Shown here piece after piece: positions 41,046 to 56,478 of a stretch of 64,000 nt of DNA. Made by a program: the position numbers and the translations under genes. The DNA lies in the NCBI RefSeq assembly GCF_009914755.1, contig NC_060930.1; one strand, written 5' to 3'. Below the pieces are notes generated by a model. That model was not told where the DNA came from. It did not search any database and saw nothing but the letters and a program-made list of their open reading frames with translations. Position 1 is the stretch's first letter, and each line of letters begins with the position of its first letter. This DNA is from the human T2T-CHM13v2.0 reference genome, Homo sapiens.

Positions 41046-44000
41046 ATTTACATAGCATTAATAAGCACAATTACTTATTTTCAAATAGATAACTCATAGA
41101 CAAGAGAGGAAAAAAATCTATTTTTCTTTAAGAGAAGTGTCATATACATTTCTCAATTTAGCTTATAATTATGTTGATTAAAACAATAACAAAAATATTC
41201 TTTGAACCATTAGAGTAATAATTTTCCCCTGGTGTCAAGGTTAAAGTAAGGAAGCAGATATATCCTCAGTAAACTCATCAGAGTATTTCATCAAGATTTT
41301 CACAGTTATATTTAGAAAATGAAAAGCTCATAATTGTAAGATTAAAATATGAAACTTTATTATAAAAAGGGCACAGATTTTAAAAGATAAGCAGAGAGAT
41401 TTACATGAGAAAAGTGCAGTATCACATCTAGTAATAGTCCAACATCTACTTTACCTTGTCATTGTTACTCTCCCGGTGGAATAAACAGAACCATGTCACC
41501 TCAGGAGTTAATGCTGGCCAAGTGCCAAAGGCCAGCAATGGCAAGAAAGGCTGTGGACAGAGGACCTGGGCTATGGCTAGAAGAGAATGCCAGAGACGGG
41601 GAAAAACTGACAGGGTAAGAGATGAGACGATGAGGACAGAGGTGCTGGGCCAGCAGTTGAAGGAGAGGGGAGGGAGCACCATAAGTGGCTGTGTATGGGG
41701 GCGCAGCAGAACCATCCACGGTCAGACCAACACAGTGACAAACAGCCACTCAAGAAGTTCCTAAAGAACTCAAGCGTTGACACAAAAGGATGTGATGAAC
41801 AGCACTCATTCAGGCTCCCACTGTAGCATCCTGTGGCCTCGATGAGTGGGTGTGGCACCTGGTCATGAGAAGTATCTAATAGGTAGGCCCAGGGACATAA
41901 AGTAGGAACAGGAAGGACAGACCTTTCAGCTGTACTTCTTTCCTATATTTAATGGCACCTGCTTTCTAGGCATTTACTTCATTCTGAGAGTGGATGATAA
42001 TGATGATGGTGGTGGCCCTGGTGGTGGTGGTAACGATGTATCTTGACTTACAATCATGGTTTCCTTCCCATTTTGAGATAGACACAATGATTCCCGTTTG
42101 AGAATCTGAAGTACCAAGACCTAGAGAGGTTAAACAATTTGCCTAAATGGCACAATAAGTAACAGGAAAGATTGAGTTTTGAAATCAGTCTCTAAACCTC
42201 TAAAATCCACAGTTTTTTTTATTATACCATCTACTATTTCCCAGTATACCTCACCACAGAAAAGCCACCATATCATTGACCTAAAAGCCTGAAACTTCTA
42301 CTTGTGAAACTTAAAAAGCATGAGGACATCTTTTTTTTTTAAAGGAAACATGTTCTTATGCTCTTCACATCTGAATAGATTAATAGCAACAAATTAGAAG
42401 TAAAATGATTATACAGACACAACATAGTTGAAGACATTAAGTGTTGTATCTTCTTGAGTCACGATTGCCCCCATTAAAAACCACTATGTTTTAAAGAGTA
42501 CTGTTTATTTAGAGATCTGGATGGTAAGCTAAACTTTAGAATTAAGGAATTCAGATTTAACCCTTTGTTACTTGAATACGTTTACATATATATTTTTAAA
42601 AGCCCTTCCTAATTCAAGAACGTTACCCCATTTGCAATCTCTTTGCCAGTCTATGCCATGACAAGCCTCATACACAGTTTCCACTTTTATGTATACCAGT
42701 GACTTTCTGGATGCCAATAATTCATACTTCCCCAAAACAGATACTTGAGAACATGAATCATCCTAGACTATTAAATTAGGAGTGCACTATCGATTTAAGA
42801 ATAACTGACATGAGCTAATTTGCAGCTATTCCTCTGGTATTTGGCCCTCAGTTGGCACTACAAAGTTAGAATCCTAAATATTCCAAGGACTGGAATTCCA
42901 TAATCTCTTACAAATTTCCAATCTTGTAAGAGATTATAGGATTGAGGGATGGCATATTTGGCATCAATAGAATTCAAACGTCTCAAATATTTTCCAAATT
43001 GAAAAAGTGTCCACTTAAATACTACACCTGGACAAGAAATTAATAAATCACCAAGGAAAGCAAATATATCACTTTAGAAGCACATTTGCAATTTTTAAGT
43101 TAAACTAACAGAAACCAAATTTCCTTCCTTTGTGCTGCTAAACATTTGACAAACCTAAAAGTATCCTTGGTAAAGTGGCTAATAAACTAACAGAATTAAA
43201 TATCCCTTTTGAGTACAACTGATTACATGTATGCAAGTACACACTCAGAACTCTATCAATTTCAAACTGCTGTGAAAAGTGCTGAATTCCATTCTTTCAG
43301 GGAGATAGAAAACATTTATAACAGCAACAGCCCTGCAGTCACATCTTTTTGTAACTAGCTCTAAGAACGAAAAAAATCTTTATGACAATAACAAGAAAAT
43401 GAATTTTCATTTTAAAAGGCAGTCCCTGTGCCATCACTGGCTGTCCTGCCACCCAGCTCCTCTGAAGGCATTCAGACCCTTCACTGGAATGTCTCAAAAA
43501 TCAATAGCAATTTATTCTCTCTTTGGACCCCAAGCAACAAAAGTAAATAATACTGTCACCTCCAGTCTGCCTGCAGAACATGGTCACAAAACAGCCTTGC
43601 CACTAAAATACAACCTTACGCAGCTCTTTATCTATGCTGGCGCTACTGATTGTATTGGCTTTCGTAGGGGACAAATACTTCAGCAAAGCCACACAAAGAG
43701 GTCAAGCTCTTGTACCTCAGCCAGAAAGAATGCTGGGACCTGAATTAAAAAGAAGACTTGCCACCACCTAAGCTTCCTGCTTCAACAATGTGGGTTTTAT
43801 GGAAGAAAAACAAGAATATTTATTTTCCAAGATTATTAAAACTAAGGGGAAAAATGTAAGATTAAATATACCATATTTACAATTTTTTCCTATAGAATTT
43901 AAGAAAATCATCAGATCACTGAAGCAATTGGTTGAACCATAATATTTTGCAGCTAAAATCTATAGGTAGGCAATTTTTATACTGTCTGATAAAAGTATTA

Positions 44001-44322
44001 ATCCATAAGCAAACTACGACTTAAGAATTAAAGTTCTACTTTGATAATGTTTAACCAAGTAGGTGATATCAATACCATTCGATTGTTGAAGACATTATAT
44101 ACACTCTGGAATATATAAAATGGCATTTTGAAGCAACAGAAGGAATACTAGGAATAACCAAGTATAATCTTATCTATTTACAGAAAAAAGGAAATCAAGC
44201 TCTATATGTAACACCAGAAAACCAGTTAATGGAAGAAGCAGGACTACAATCCCGTCTAACATTCTTTTCACTATACTGCTTATTGATGAAAAATTACTTA
44301 TAGGCATACTAAAGAAGAGTCA

Positions 44323-44622
<300 letters not shown>

Positions 44623-45789
44623 TCAAAGTCATTTTGATGACAATAAGCCATCATCCCTCAGGGCTACAAATTACTCCTTAAGAGAAAAAGCAAGTACTTT
44701 GAAACATTTGTGCAATAATCAAAAATTCCGAAATCATAGAAGAATTTACCAGTCAATCATACCAGAAGTATTTACTGAATATCTGCTGTGTACTTCTCAC
44801 TAGTAGGAAATACGAAAAATATACATACATGTTTAGGAAATATTAAAATATTGAATATAAAACTATTAAATAAAATAAAATATTAAATATAAAAACAAAA
44901 ATATTAAAATATTAAAAATAATCAGATGTCAAATTGTATAGTCAAAGAATAAATGGAAATCAGGCAGGTGCTGAGAGGAGGAGAGAGGGGAGGTAGGTTG
45001 GATGAGGGACAGGGAGGAAGACAGGTGACGGAGGCAGACGCCAGGGCTGCAGACTGTGAGTGCTGGGAGGTGCTGCGGGGAGGATGGGCCTGGCAGAGCA
45101 GTGGTGCCCATGAAGTAAAGTGAAGACAGAGAGTGGGGCCAGACACTGGAAGCTCCAGAAATCAGGCAGAAGGACTTGAACTTAATGTGGTAGAGACTCC
45201 AGATAATATAGAATTAACCATTTTAACTTGGCAACATCACTCCTATTGTTTTTTGGCTCACTCCTAGCTCAAAAAAACAAAAAATACACTAAAGATGTTG
45301 TCTTATTGGTCAGAAAAATATGACTTAAAAATATAACAATTTTTTGAACCAAAAAGGTGCTTCCTGGAAATTTCATTTAAATAACAAAAAACATACCATT
45401 GTGAAAAAACTTCACTCAAAACTTACAGTTTTCTGATAAAATTAATATCATTAAGCTAAGGGAGAAAACAAATCTCTGAATCCCTCATTTTTATTCGGTA
45501 ACATTAACCACTTTGGCAAAAAAAATAAATGAACACTAGGATTGGGAATTTTGAAAAATCATGTTTAACTTTTGTACTTTAAAGAAGATACAATGAAGTT
45601 GATATACTCTATCTTCTATAAAACTATGAGGCATCTAAGGTTAATCATTAAAACTGATTAAATATTATATTTAAAAACAAATACTCATTTATGTTTTTTC
45701 AAATTTTAGAAAGTTTGTAAATTCTGTAGTAAACCAAAATTCTTTTCTCTTTATTTTATGCATTCATTATAGAAAGTTTTGGGGGAAAA

Positions 45790-45815
45790 GTGTGTGTGTG
45801 TGTGTGTGTGTGTGT
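45790..45815. repeat. (TG)13 microsatellite
   Basis: gtgtgtgtgtgtgtgtgtgtgtgtgt. Confidence 0.95.
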
Positions 45816-46505
45816 ATGCATGTGTATAGATATACAGACACACATGAATAATCATGTGAAAACTTATCTGCCAGAGGTCTACTCTAATATTTGTTACAGG
45901 CCTCTTTCTGATTTTAAAACAATCTACAGCAGAGATATAAATATTTTACTTATCACTGTCAATACATATCAAATGTCTTGAAATGACTATGTCAAGGTAA
46001 CACAGTAACTACACTTATAAGAATATATCTTACAGAAAAGATTGTGGATGTGGACAGTGGTCTAGCAACAGGAATGTTCAATGAAATATTGCTGGAAAGA
46101 TGAAAATGGGAAACAAGTTTAATAGCCAAGAGCAAAGCATTCAATATGTAAGTTATAAACATATTCATACTTTTTCATTTTTATACATATTAAATATAGT
46201 CACTGCCCATCCATTTATTTCTCCTATTTTCCTAATTTTGAAAAAGAGTTCCCAGAATATTTGCAAATTAATCTGTAAACACTGAATGATAGTGCCTGCC
46301 CTGAAGCCCACATGAGGTGCTTCGAGGCAGAAACGGTGTGTAGCTGGTGCCCAGAACAATGCCCAGAACAGCACCTGCCACAGAGGACACGGTCAACAAG
46401 TACTTAACGGAGTGAAAATAAAAAGTTAACTAAGGATTTGTAACTTACACTCACTCACTTTGAAAAAAAACAGAAGCAGTTTACAACAAAGTATGATAAA
46501 ATGTA

Positions 46506-46782
46506 GTTTTCTTTTTTAAAACAGGGTCTGGCTTGCAATGGCAGGATCTTGGCTCACTGCAACCTCCACTTCCTGGGCTCACACCATGCTCCCATTTCAG
46601 CCTCCCAAGTAGTTGGAACTACAGGCGCACACCATCATGCCTAGCTAATTTTTGTATTTTTTGTAGAGACAGAGTTTCACCATGTTGCCCAGGCTGATCT
46701 CCAACTCCTGAGTTCAAGCGATCCACCCACCTCGGCCTCCTAAAGTGCTGGGATTACAGGCGTGAGCCAACACGCCCAGCCT
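46506..46782 (-). mobile_element. AluJ (Jb-like)
   Basis: Antisense Alu with a small deletion near the 3' end. Confidence 0.9.
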
Positions 46783-46984
46783 AGATTTTTTTTAAATGTA
46801 AATCAAAGTAAGAGAAAAAACCAAAACATCCAAACCATACAGAGGAAGATGGAAAATAACAGAATCAGGAACCTGAGCTCATGCCAACACTCAATCATAC
46901 GTTCAAACTTTCTGTCAAGAAAGGCTACAGCAGGACTGCAAGTGTGGCGGAAGGCGGCAGTGTTTAAAATGTAAAACTTCAGAT

Positions 46985-47200
46985 CACGCCAGCAGGAGTC
47001 AAAGCCTGATTTCACCAGTTGTTAGCACTGTAGGACTCTGGAGAAATCAATGACTTTTTCTGGGCCTCCTTTTCCTCCCATACAGAATGGAGCTCTTATG
47101 AGAGCATCACCATAGGGTTCTGAGATTGACACCAGCCAATCCGTGCACAGTGCTAGTTGCATGGTGTCAGAACACATTAAGAGCTCAATGTATGCCAAAT
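46985..47200 (+). mobile_element. MIR (diverged)
   Basis: tctgggcctccttttcctcccatacagaatggag...catagggttctgagatt. Confidence 0.6.
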
Positions 47201-47269
47201 CTGTTATATTCATCATTACAGCTTTGACTGTATGCAAAAGATACCATTCAGTTCTTCCAAGCTGCATTT

Positions 47270-48620
<1,351 letters not shown>

Positions 48621-48689
48621 TCAGAAGGAAACCAAAGTAATGACACTTACTCTATCACTAAAAAGTATGATATCTAAAATAACCAGTAT

Positions 48690-49125
48690 GCAGGACTTAA
48701 AACAACTACAACCTACACTAAAAGATAGAGAGAAACACTTTAATAAATGTAGAGAGATATTATGTGTCTGGATGGGAAGAATAATTTGTGTAGTCATCAA
48801 TTCTCTAATTAATCTGTAGATTTAATAAAATTCTAATAAAAAACTGTAATATACTTTTGGGAAGCTTAATGAAATTATTCTAAAGTCATCTGGAAAGAGC
48901 ATCTGAGAATAACTATTTTTAAAAGAGTAATATGAAAGGCAAAACTGACCTAGCAGATATTAAAACATATTGTAAAAATTCAATAATGGAATACTGACTT
49001 ATACACAAAAAGATTACTAGGTTAGAAAGTCCAGAAATAGACAAAAGTATGTGTAATTATTCAAAGCATAAAAACCTGCAATTTCAAATCAGCAAGAAAA
49101 AAGATAACTTTAATCTTTTAGAGAA
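48690..49125 (+). mobile_element. Ancient L1M ORF2 fragment
   Basis: tgtctggatgggaagaataat...gatttaataaaattctaat...gacctagcagatattaaaacatattgtaaa...gaaagtccagaaatagac. Confidence 0.7.
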
Positions 49126-49866
49126 GCAACATGATGAGAAAGCTTTTTCTTCTGAGTTGTGTTAAGGATGATGGAGGTCGTCTAAGCTTTTCATACTTAG
49201 AGAGGAAGACATTAGTAACAGAAATACAAAAGAAAGTGTTCAGTTATCACAAAGTCAGAAGTAAGGAAGTTGTGGATTCTAGTGAATGTTTACTACTGGA
49301 GGGAATCATGGAAGAAACCACCAACCATAATGAAATGATGCCTTCAGAAAGGAAAGCGCCAAGAAGGATGACTTGACAACAATGCTAGAGACAGCTCTTA
49401 AGAACAGATGTTTTGATGAGTTTCCATACCCAATTTATTGGAAATATCAAAAAAAAAATAGCAGAGGTGAAAAAAATAAAACTTTATTGTCAGAGATTGG
49501 GCTTGCCAAATTTAAGATTTCTGAGTTGTCAGTTCAGAGAAATGGCATAATAAATCAGACTGCAGCAGCAGAAATGTCTGGCCAGGATTTGGGCAGGTCA
49601 ATAACATAGATTTCTGAAGTTGCCAAAAGAAGTGCCCAAGAATTAAGGCAGATGGGGACAGGGTATTGAATGATAGCTTCCTCCATTACTGTGGAGGCAT
49701 GACCTGTGGTAAACAGAGGGAGAGAAAAGAAAGAAAGAGATTTAGCTAAATATTTTGAGCTTCAACTAAGGTAAAAAGTTACTGACGACAGAATGTGAGG
49801 CTGAGATATGTTTTTATTTTTCTCTCCACAGTGCCTAACACACAGTACACATATTGTAAAAGATTA

Positions 49867-50307
<441 letters not shown>

Positions 50308-51872
50308 TCAAGGTAAGCAGCATCACCAAAAGAAAGCCTGGCTCAGCCAATGACGACAGGTAAAAAGGATTAATAAAAAGACAGACGGGCAAGGGCAGTT
50401 CAAGGACCATAACAGCTGAGCTAGTGATGGAAGACTTCCTTTTGCACCTTTCGAATAAAATTATTTCATTATCTCCACAAAGATTCACTTCCAGGTACTT
50501 GGTTATTCTGGCCTCCCACCCTCTATATCCATTAGTCCCCACCGTGAAAAGCACTGTGGAGAAAAAAAAAAAACAAAAAAAACACTCTTTGCACCTGAAA
50601 TTATCATATTTAATAGGGAAAAAAATGGAAAATATTTTCCAACTGTTGTTTATTTCTGAATTTCAGATTTTGTTCTCAATTATACTGGCCTGGAACTCTG
50701 TCAGAGGTGAATATACTCAGACCCATATGACTGATTTACACTAGAAAGCTAGTCTGTCGATTGCTAGTATGTAATGCAATTGTCAAGCTGACCCACGTTT
50801 GTATAATACCTGCATCAACTCAGGAGGTGTTGGCTAGCTTGCAAATTTTCTTTGAAAAAGCGCTTACCTAGGCAAAGGACAACGTATTTTTTGAAAGCTC
50901 TATTGAGGTCTGACACACAATAAATCACATATATTTAATGTGTACAATTTGACATATTTGGACATATACATATACCCATAAAACCATTACAACAATCGAG
51001 ATAATGAGTACATCACCCCCAGTAGATTCTTCCTCCCACTTTGTAATCTCTTCCTTCTGCCTCTCCCTGACATCCTCCCACCCTCCACTCACCCATTTGA
51101 ATTACAGATTAGTTTGCATTTTCTGGAATTTATACAAGTCAAATCACACAGTTTATATTCTTTTGTCTGGTTTCTTTCCTTCCACACAATGATTTTGAAA
51201 ATCATTTCATGCTGTTGCATGTATCAATAATTCCCTTTTATTGTTAAATAGTATTCCATTGTATAGTATACACCAATTTGTATAACCATTCACCTGTTGA
51301 TGGTTATTGGAGTTATTTTCAGTCTTTGTCTATTACAAATAAAGCTGCTATGGATACTTGTATGTGAGTCTTTGCATGAACATATGTTTTCATTTCTTTG
51401 GGGTAAATGTCTAAAAGTAGAATGGCTATGTCATAAGGCAGCTGTATATTTCACTATATAAGACACTGCCATACTTTTTCCCAAAGTGGTTTCTCCATTT
51501 TCCATTCCCATCTGTCATGTATGAGATTTCCAGTTACTCTGTATCCTCACCCGTACTTGGCATCTTTCAAATTTCAGAATTCTAATAGGTGTATAATAGC
51601 ATTTCATTGTGGCTTCAACTTACATTTCCCCAATGACTAATAATGTTGGGGGTATCTTTGCATGTGTTTACTTGTCATCTGTATACTATCTTTGGGGAAG
51701 TAACTGTTCAGATCTATTGTCTATGTTTTATTGGGTTGTTGTAGTATTTATTGAGTTTTGAGAGTTCTTTAAATAGTCTAAATATAACTCCTTTTATCAG
51801 ATATGTAATTTGCAAATATGTTTCTCCAAGTCCTGACTTGTCTTTTCATTCTTTTAACAATGTGGTTTTTTA

Positions 51873-52168
51873 CTCGTTTGTTTTTTGAGATGGAGTCTCT
51901 CTCCGTCACCCAGGCTAGAATGCAGTGGTGCGATCTTGGCTCACTGCAACCTCTGCCTCCTAAATTCAAGCAATTCTCCTGCCTCAGCCTCCTGAGTAGC
52001 TGGGATTAGAGGTGCCCAGCACCATGCTCAGTTAAATTTTTGTATTTTTAGTAGAGACAGGGTTTCACCACGTTGGCCAGGCTGGTCTTGAACTCCTGAC
52101 CTCAGGTGACCTGCCTGCCTTGGCCTCCCAAAGTGCGGGATTACAGACGTGAGCCGCTGTGCCTGGCC
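51873..52168 (-). mobile_element. AluSx-like
   Basis: Antisense full Alu. Confidence 0.94.
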
Positions 52169-52504
<336 letters not shown>

Positions 52505-53194
52505 AAGGTGTTTTGAAGAGCCGAATTTCTTAGTGTTGATGAAATCCAGTTTATAAATTGTTTTATTTATGAATCCTGCTCTTGGTATTATATCTAAGAA
52601 ATCTTTGACTATTTCAAGGTCATGAAGATTGTCATTTGGAAGTCTTATAGTTTTAACATTTAAGTCTATTGTTTGAAAAAGGACATTTTTTCTAAATATG
52701 TCTTAACTGACATATTACTGACAGAAGTAAGTAACCACACCTATTAATGAAGTTGCAGCATCAGCATCTCAACTATTCTGGGAGACAATGTAGGCCAAAT
52801 GTTCCCTGATATTATGTTGATAATAACCCCTTCTCAAAAGGGCGAATACTTTACTTCAGTATCAATACCAAGGAAGGAAAAACTGTGGTGTGAGAGTTCT
52901 GCTCCCTGGGTGCCCTCTCTATTTTGCCTCTGACCCATGAAACTTTAAAAATGAAGATTATGAGGAAGAACAGGCCAGTGAGGTCAGAGTCATGGGTTAA
53001 AGCCTTAGGGTCAGCAGTCTGAGGATCTTCATTTTAAATTTTCCCCTACTGTAACTCCCTTGCTCATTGTTTGGGTATATTTCCTATTCAATGTTAATGT
53101 TAAAATATCACTGCCATCTTGTTTTTTCTCTTTTTGTTTCTGATCCTATTTCCTTTCATTAAAATGTTATTTTCTGTTTTCCCAAAATTATTAA

Positions 53195-53470
53195 ATACAT
53201 ATAACACATTTTCTTTTCTTCCTCAAATATTATTAAGTATAGATACATATACACTTAATATATACTTAATTAAGCATATATATACTAAATAATATTTGAG
53301 GAAGAAAAGAAATATATGTTTATATGTACTATGTACATGTATGTGTGTATATACAGATACATATATACTTAATATATACTTAATTAAGCATATATACTTA
53401 ATATTTGAGGAAGAAAATACAGATATATTTATATGTACTGTATGTGTGTGTATATATATATTTAATATTT
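53195..53470. repeat. AT-rich inverted repeat (25-bp perfect arms) plus ~114-bp tandem duplication
   Basis: tttcttttcttcctcaaatattatt (53210-53234) versus aataatatttgaggaagaaaagaaa (53288-53312); the unit starting agatacatat at 53241 recurs at 53355. Confidence 0.9.
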
Positions 53471-54464
53471 GAGAAACAAATTAAAAAACATATATACTAT
53501 ATATATATACACACATACAGGTCATGAGATCAAGATTATTGTCATAGAATCCAAATCTAGCTAGAAAACACAAAATTTAATTCCCACTGCAATTTTAACC
53601 CCACAGATGAGCCTTGATAAAGTAATGAGAGAGCAATAAGTAGCTTATCTTTTAGAGGTACCAGATCTGTTTCTAGTCCTAAGGCATTTCAGTAGAATGC
53701 TTATTTCAATAAACTCACTTAATGCAAAAGATAAGATCATAAAGGCTTGTAAATCAATTTTTTTTAAAAACTAAAACATAAATTCACTAGTGGAGCTCAC
53801 TATTTAGGTAATAACTCTATTGAAAACACTTTTATAGAGTAAATAATCACTCCTTCTCATAAATTCAGGTTTACATCTGTAGGCTTTCTTTAAAGCAATC
53901 TTCAGTGAATCATTTTCTGACCACTGTGTCCAAAATAATTTTTTAACACTGCACAAAAGGAGATATTTAATATAAACTGTTTTCCGAATTGTCCTTATTA
54001 TTGTTTTCAGAGCAGCCACAATGTGATTAATATTGGAAAAGGCACCATTATATTCAAGCCTCACTTTCAAGTAGATAATATTTTAAAACATAAGACACAA
54101 ATAAAACAAAGTTATTGCAAAAAGTTGGCAAAATATAGAAAATCTCTCGTTTGGCCTCTCACTTTCACACGTGTTTTTGAAAAAGATTCCAGGAAGACTC
54201 CTCTGTGCTCAACAGCACAGAACAGCACATGCACTCTGTTTCCTTTTCTTCATGAAAAATCGTAAGAATGTGGAAGAAAAATAGTTTATTAGCAAAAAAT
54301 GCAGAAATGTACCAAAGAAAAATTCTTTTGTAGGACTTCTAACTCTATAAGTTATTAAAATAGATACAACTCAGGAAAAATTTATCATGAAATCAAATAT
54401 GACAGAAATTAAAGAAAACTTAAAGGTGTGTTGGATGCCTGAAGTTGGTGTTGGGTGATGAAAT

Positions 54465-55091
54465 TGAGGCAGGAGAATAGAGTCTGGAGGCAGGGAACCT
54501 AAAGCTGTTTCACACTGACTTCCTAAAACTAAATTGAAAGGAAAACCCTAACTTTCCACACCTAAGTAACAAAAGGACCAGAGACTACTCCCTTTGCAAA
54601 CCCCCACCTTGTCTGCATGGTAGATGGGAAATTTAAAGTTACATAGGAGTGTGACCTTTGTAACTTTTCCCTTCAGCCCCTGATTACTGTCTACAGCCAA
54701 TCAAAATGATTGTGGGCCAAGCCTTCATTTGCATAGAAGTGCAACTTTGAAACTTTAGCCTCTGATTGATTGCATAAAGCATAAAGCAATCAATCAGATG
54801 TTTGCACAGGTGTGTGACCTTTGTAACTTCATTTCAGCCTCTGAATGGTCGTTTTCCAAGGTGAACACCAAGTGGCCAATGGGAAACCTCTAGGGGGTAT
54901 TTGGACCCAAGAATATTCTCTATTTGGGTCCAAATAGACCCAACTCCCACCCGCTCCCACCCTGTGGAGTGTAATTTTGTTTTCAATAAATCTCTGCTTT
55001 TGTTGCTTCATTCTTTCCTTTCTTTGTTTGTGCATTTTGTCCAATTCTTTGCTCAAAATGCCAAGAACCTGGACACTCGCCACTGGTAACA
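54465..55091 (+). mobile_element. MER51-type ERV1 solo LTR
   Basis: TG...CA termini (tgaggcaggagaatag...cactggtaaca); 4-bp TSD aaat; internal repeated units; AATAAA at ~54985. Confidence 0.88.
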
Positions 55092-55364
55092 AAATGAATA
55101 TTTTTATATGTGACAGTATTTTAGAAAATAATGTGACTATACATATTCATATACATATACATAGCCTTAAAATGTTCATACCCTTTGACTCAGTAAATTT
55201 TATTTATCTGAATCTACCAGAGATTTTCAAAAACAATCCTAAATTTGGAAGAATTTCAGCCATACAAGTGCATATAGTAGTGCTGTGTTGGACTGCAGCA
55301 GTGAAAACATCCCAGCTATGCAACCACAGAGAACTGGTTAAGAAGATATGGTATTATTATATAT

Positions 55365-55912
55365 CCCAAAGGAATATAAATTGTCCTACCATAAAGACAC
55401 AGGCACTCATAGGTTCATCGTAGCACCCTTCACAATAGCAAAGACATGGAATCAACCTAGATGCCCATCAATGGTAGCCTGGATAAAGAAAATGTGGCAC
55501 ATACTATGGAATATTATGCAGCCATAAAAAAGAATGAAATCATGTCCTTTGAAGCAACATGCATGCAGCTGGAGGCCATTATGTTAAGCAAATTAGTGCA
55601 AAAACAGAAAACCAAATACCACATGTTTTCACTTATAAGAGGAAGCTAAACATTGAATACACATAGACACAAAGAGGGGAACAACAGGTACTGGGGCCTA
55701 CTTGAGGGTGGAGAGTGGGAGGACTGTCAGGACTGAAAAACTACTTATCAGGTACTATGTCCACTACCTGGGTCATGAAATTATTTGTATATCAGATCAA
55801 CAGGCAATCATGAGTGCACCAAACCAACATGCAATTTACCCATGTAACAAACTGGCACATGTACACCTTGAACCTAAAATAAAAGTTTTAAAAATTAAAA
55901 AAGAAGAAAAAA
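55365..55912 (+). mobile_element. L1PA15/16-like 3' end nested in an older L1M fragment
   Basis: ORF2 C-terminus (MEYYAAIKKNEIMSF...HMFSLIRGS), 3' UTR, A tail; TSD aagaa(g/c)atatggta. Confidence 0.9.
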
Positions 55913-56296
55913 AAGAACATATGGTAGATTCTATTAATTTGGTAGACCATTATGTAGGTAATAAGGGTACATTTGCAAACAGAAGAATCCCAAAATGAAA
56001 TTTTCAGATACAGAACTATACAAATAAGGTATACAGCTTATATTAAAAATGATTCATAGAATTAAAATGACTGTGAGAATATTCAGTATCACTAAAAATT
56101 CAAACAGTAGTTTTATTGGAGCAACGACATTACAATAATTGTTATTTTTACTTTCTTGTATTTTGCAAATGTTATTTAATGAACACGCATTATTATGAAT
56201 GCAAAACAGCTGCTATTTTTAATAAGAGAGCCAAGAAATACAAATATGTTCATGCTTCTTCAACAGTGAAGCGGGGAGGACTTTATCTTATTCTAG

Positions 56297-56478
56297 GCCT
56301 ATGCTGTCCAAAAGAGTAATCACTAACCACAGACGGCTATTTAAAGTAATTAAAATTCAAACTTTAGTTCCTCAGTCATACTAACTACATTTTAAGAGGT
56401 CAATTGCCATAGTCTACTAGTATCAGACAGCAGAGAGAACATTTTCATCGTCAGAAAATTCTACTGTGAACGAGCTGT
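56297..56478. mobile_element. MER3-like hAT-Charlie MITE
   Basis: gctgtccaa...ttagttcctcagtcatacta...gaacattttcatcgtcagaaaattctactg; ttctag flanks typical of Charlie targets. Confidence 0.75.

Noticed and set aside
44815-44922. Very AT-rich low-complexity tract
   Set aside because: Simple low-complexity DNA with no defined structure
49131-49609. Two consecutive + strand ORFs (81 and 78 aa)
   Set aside because: No recognisable homology, splice context or processed-pseudogene hallmarks
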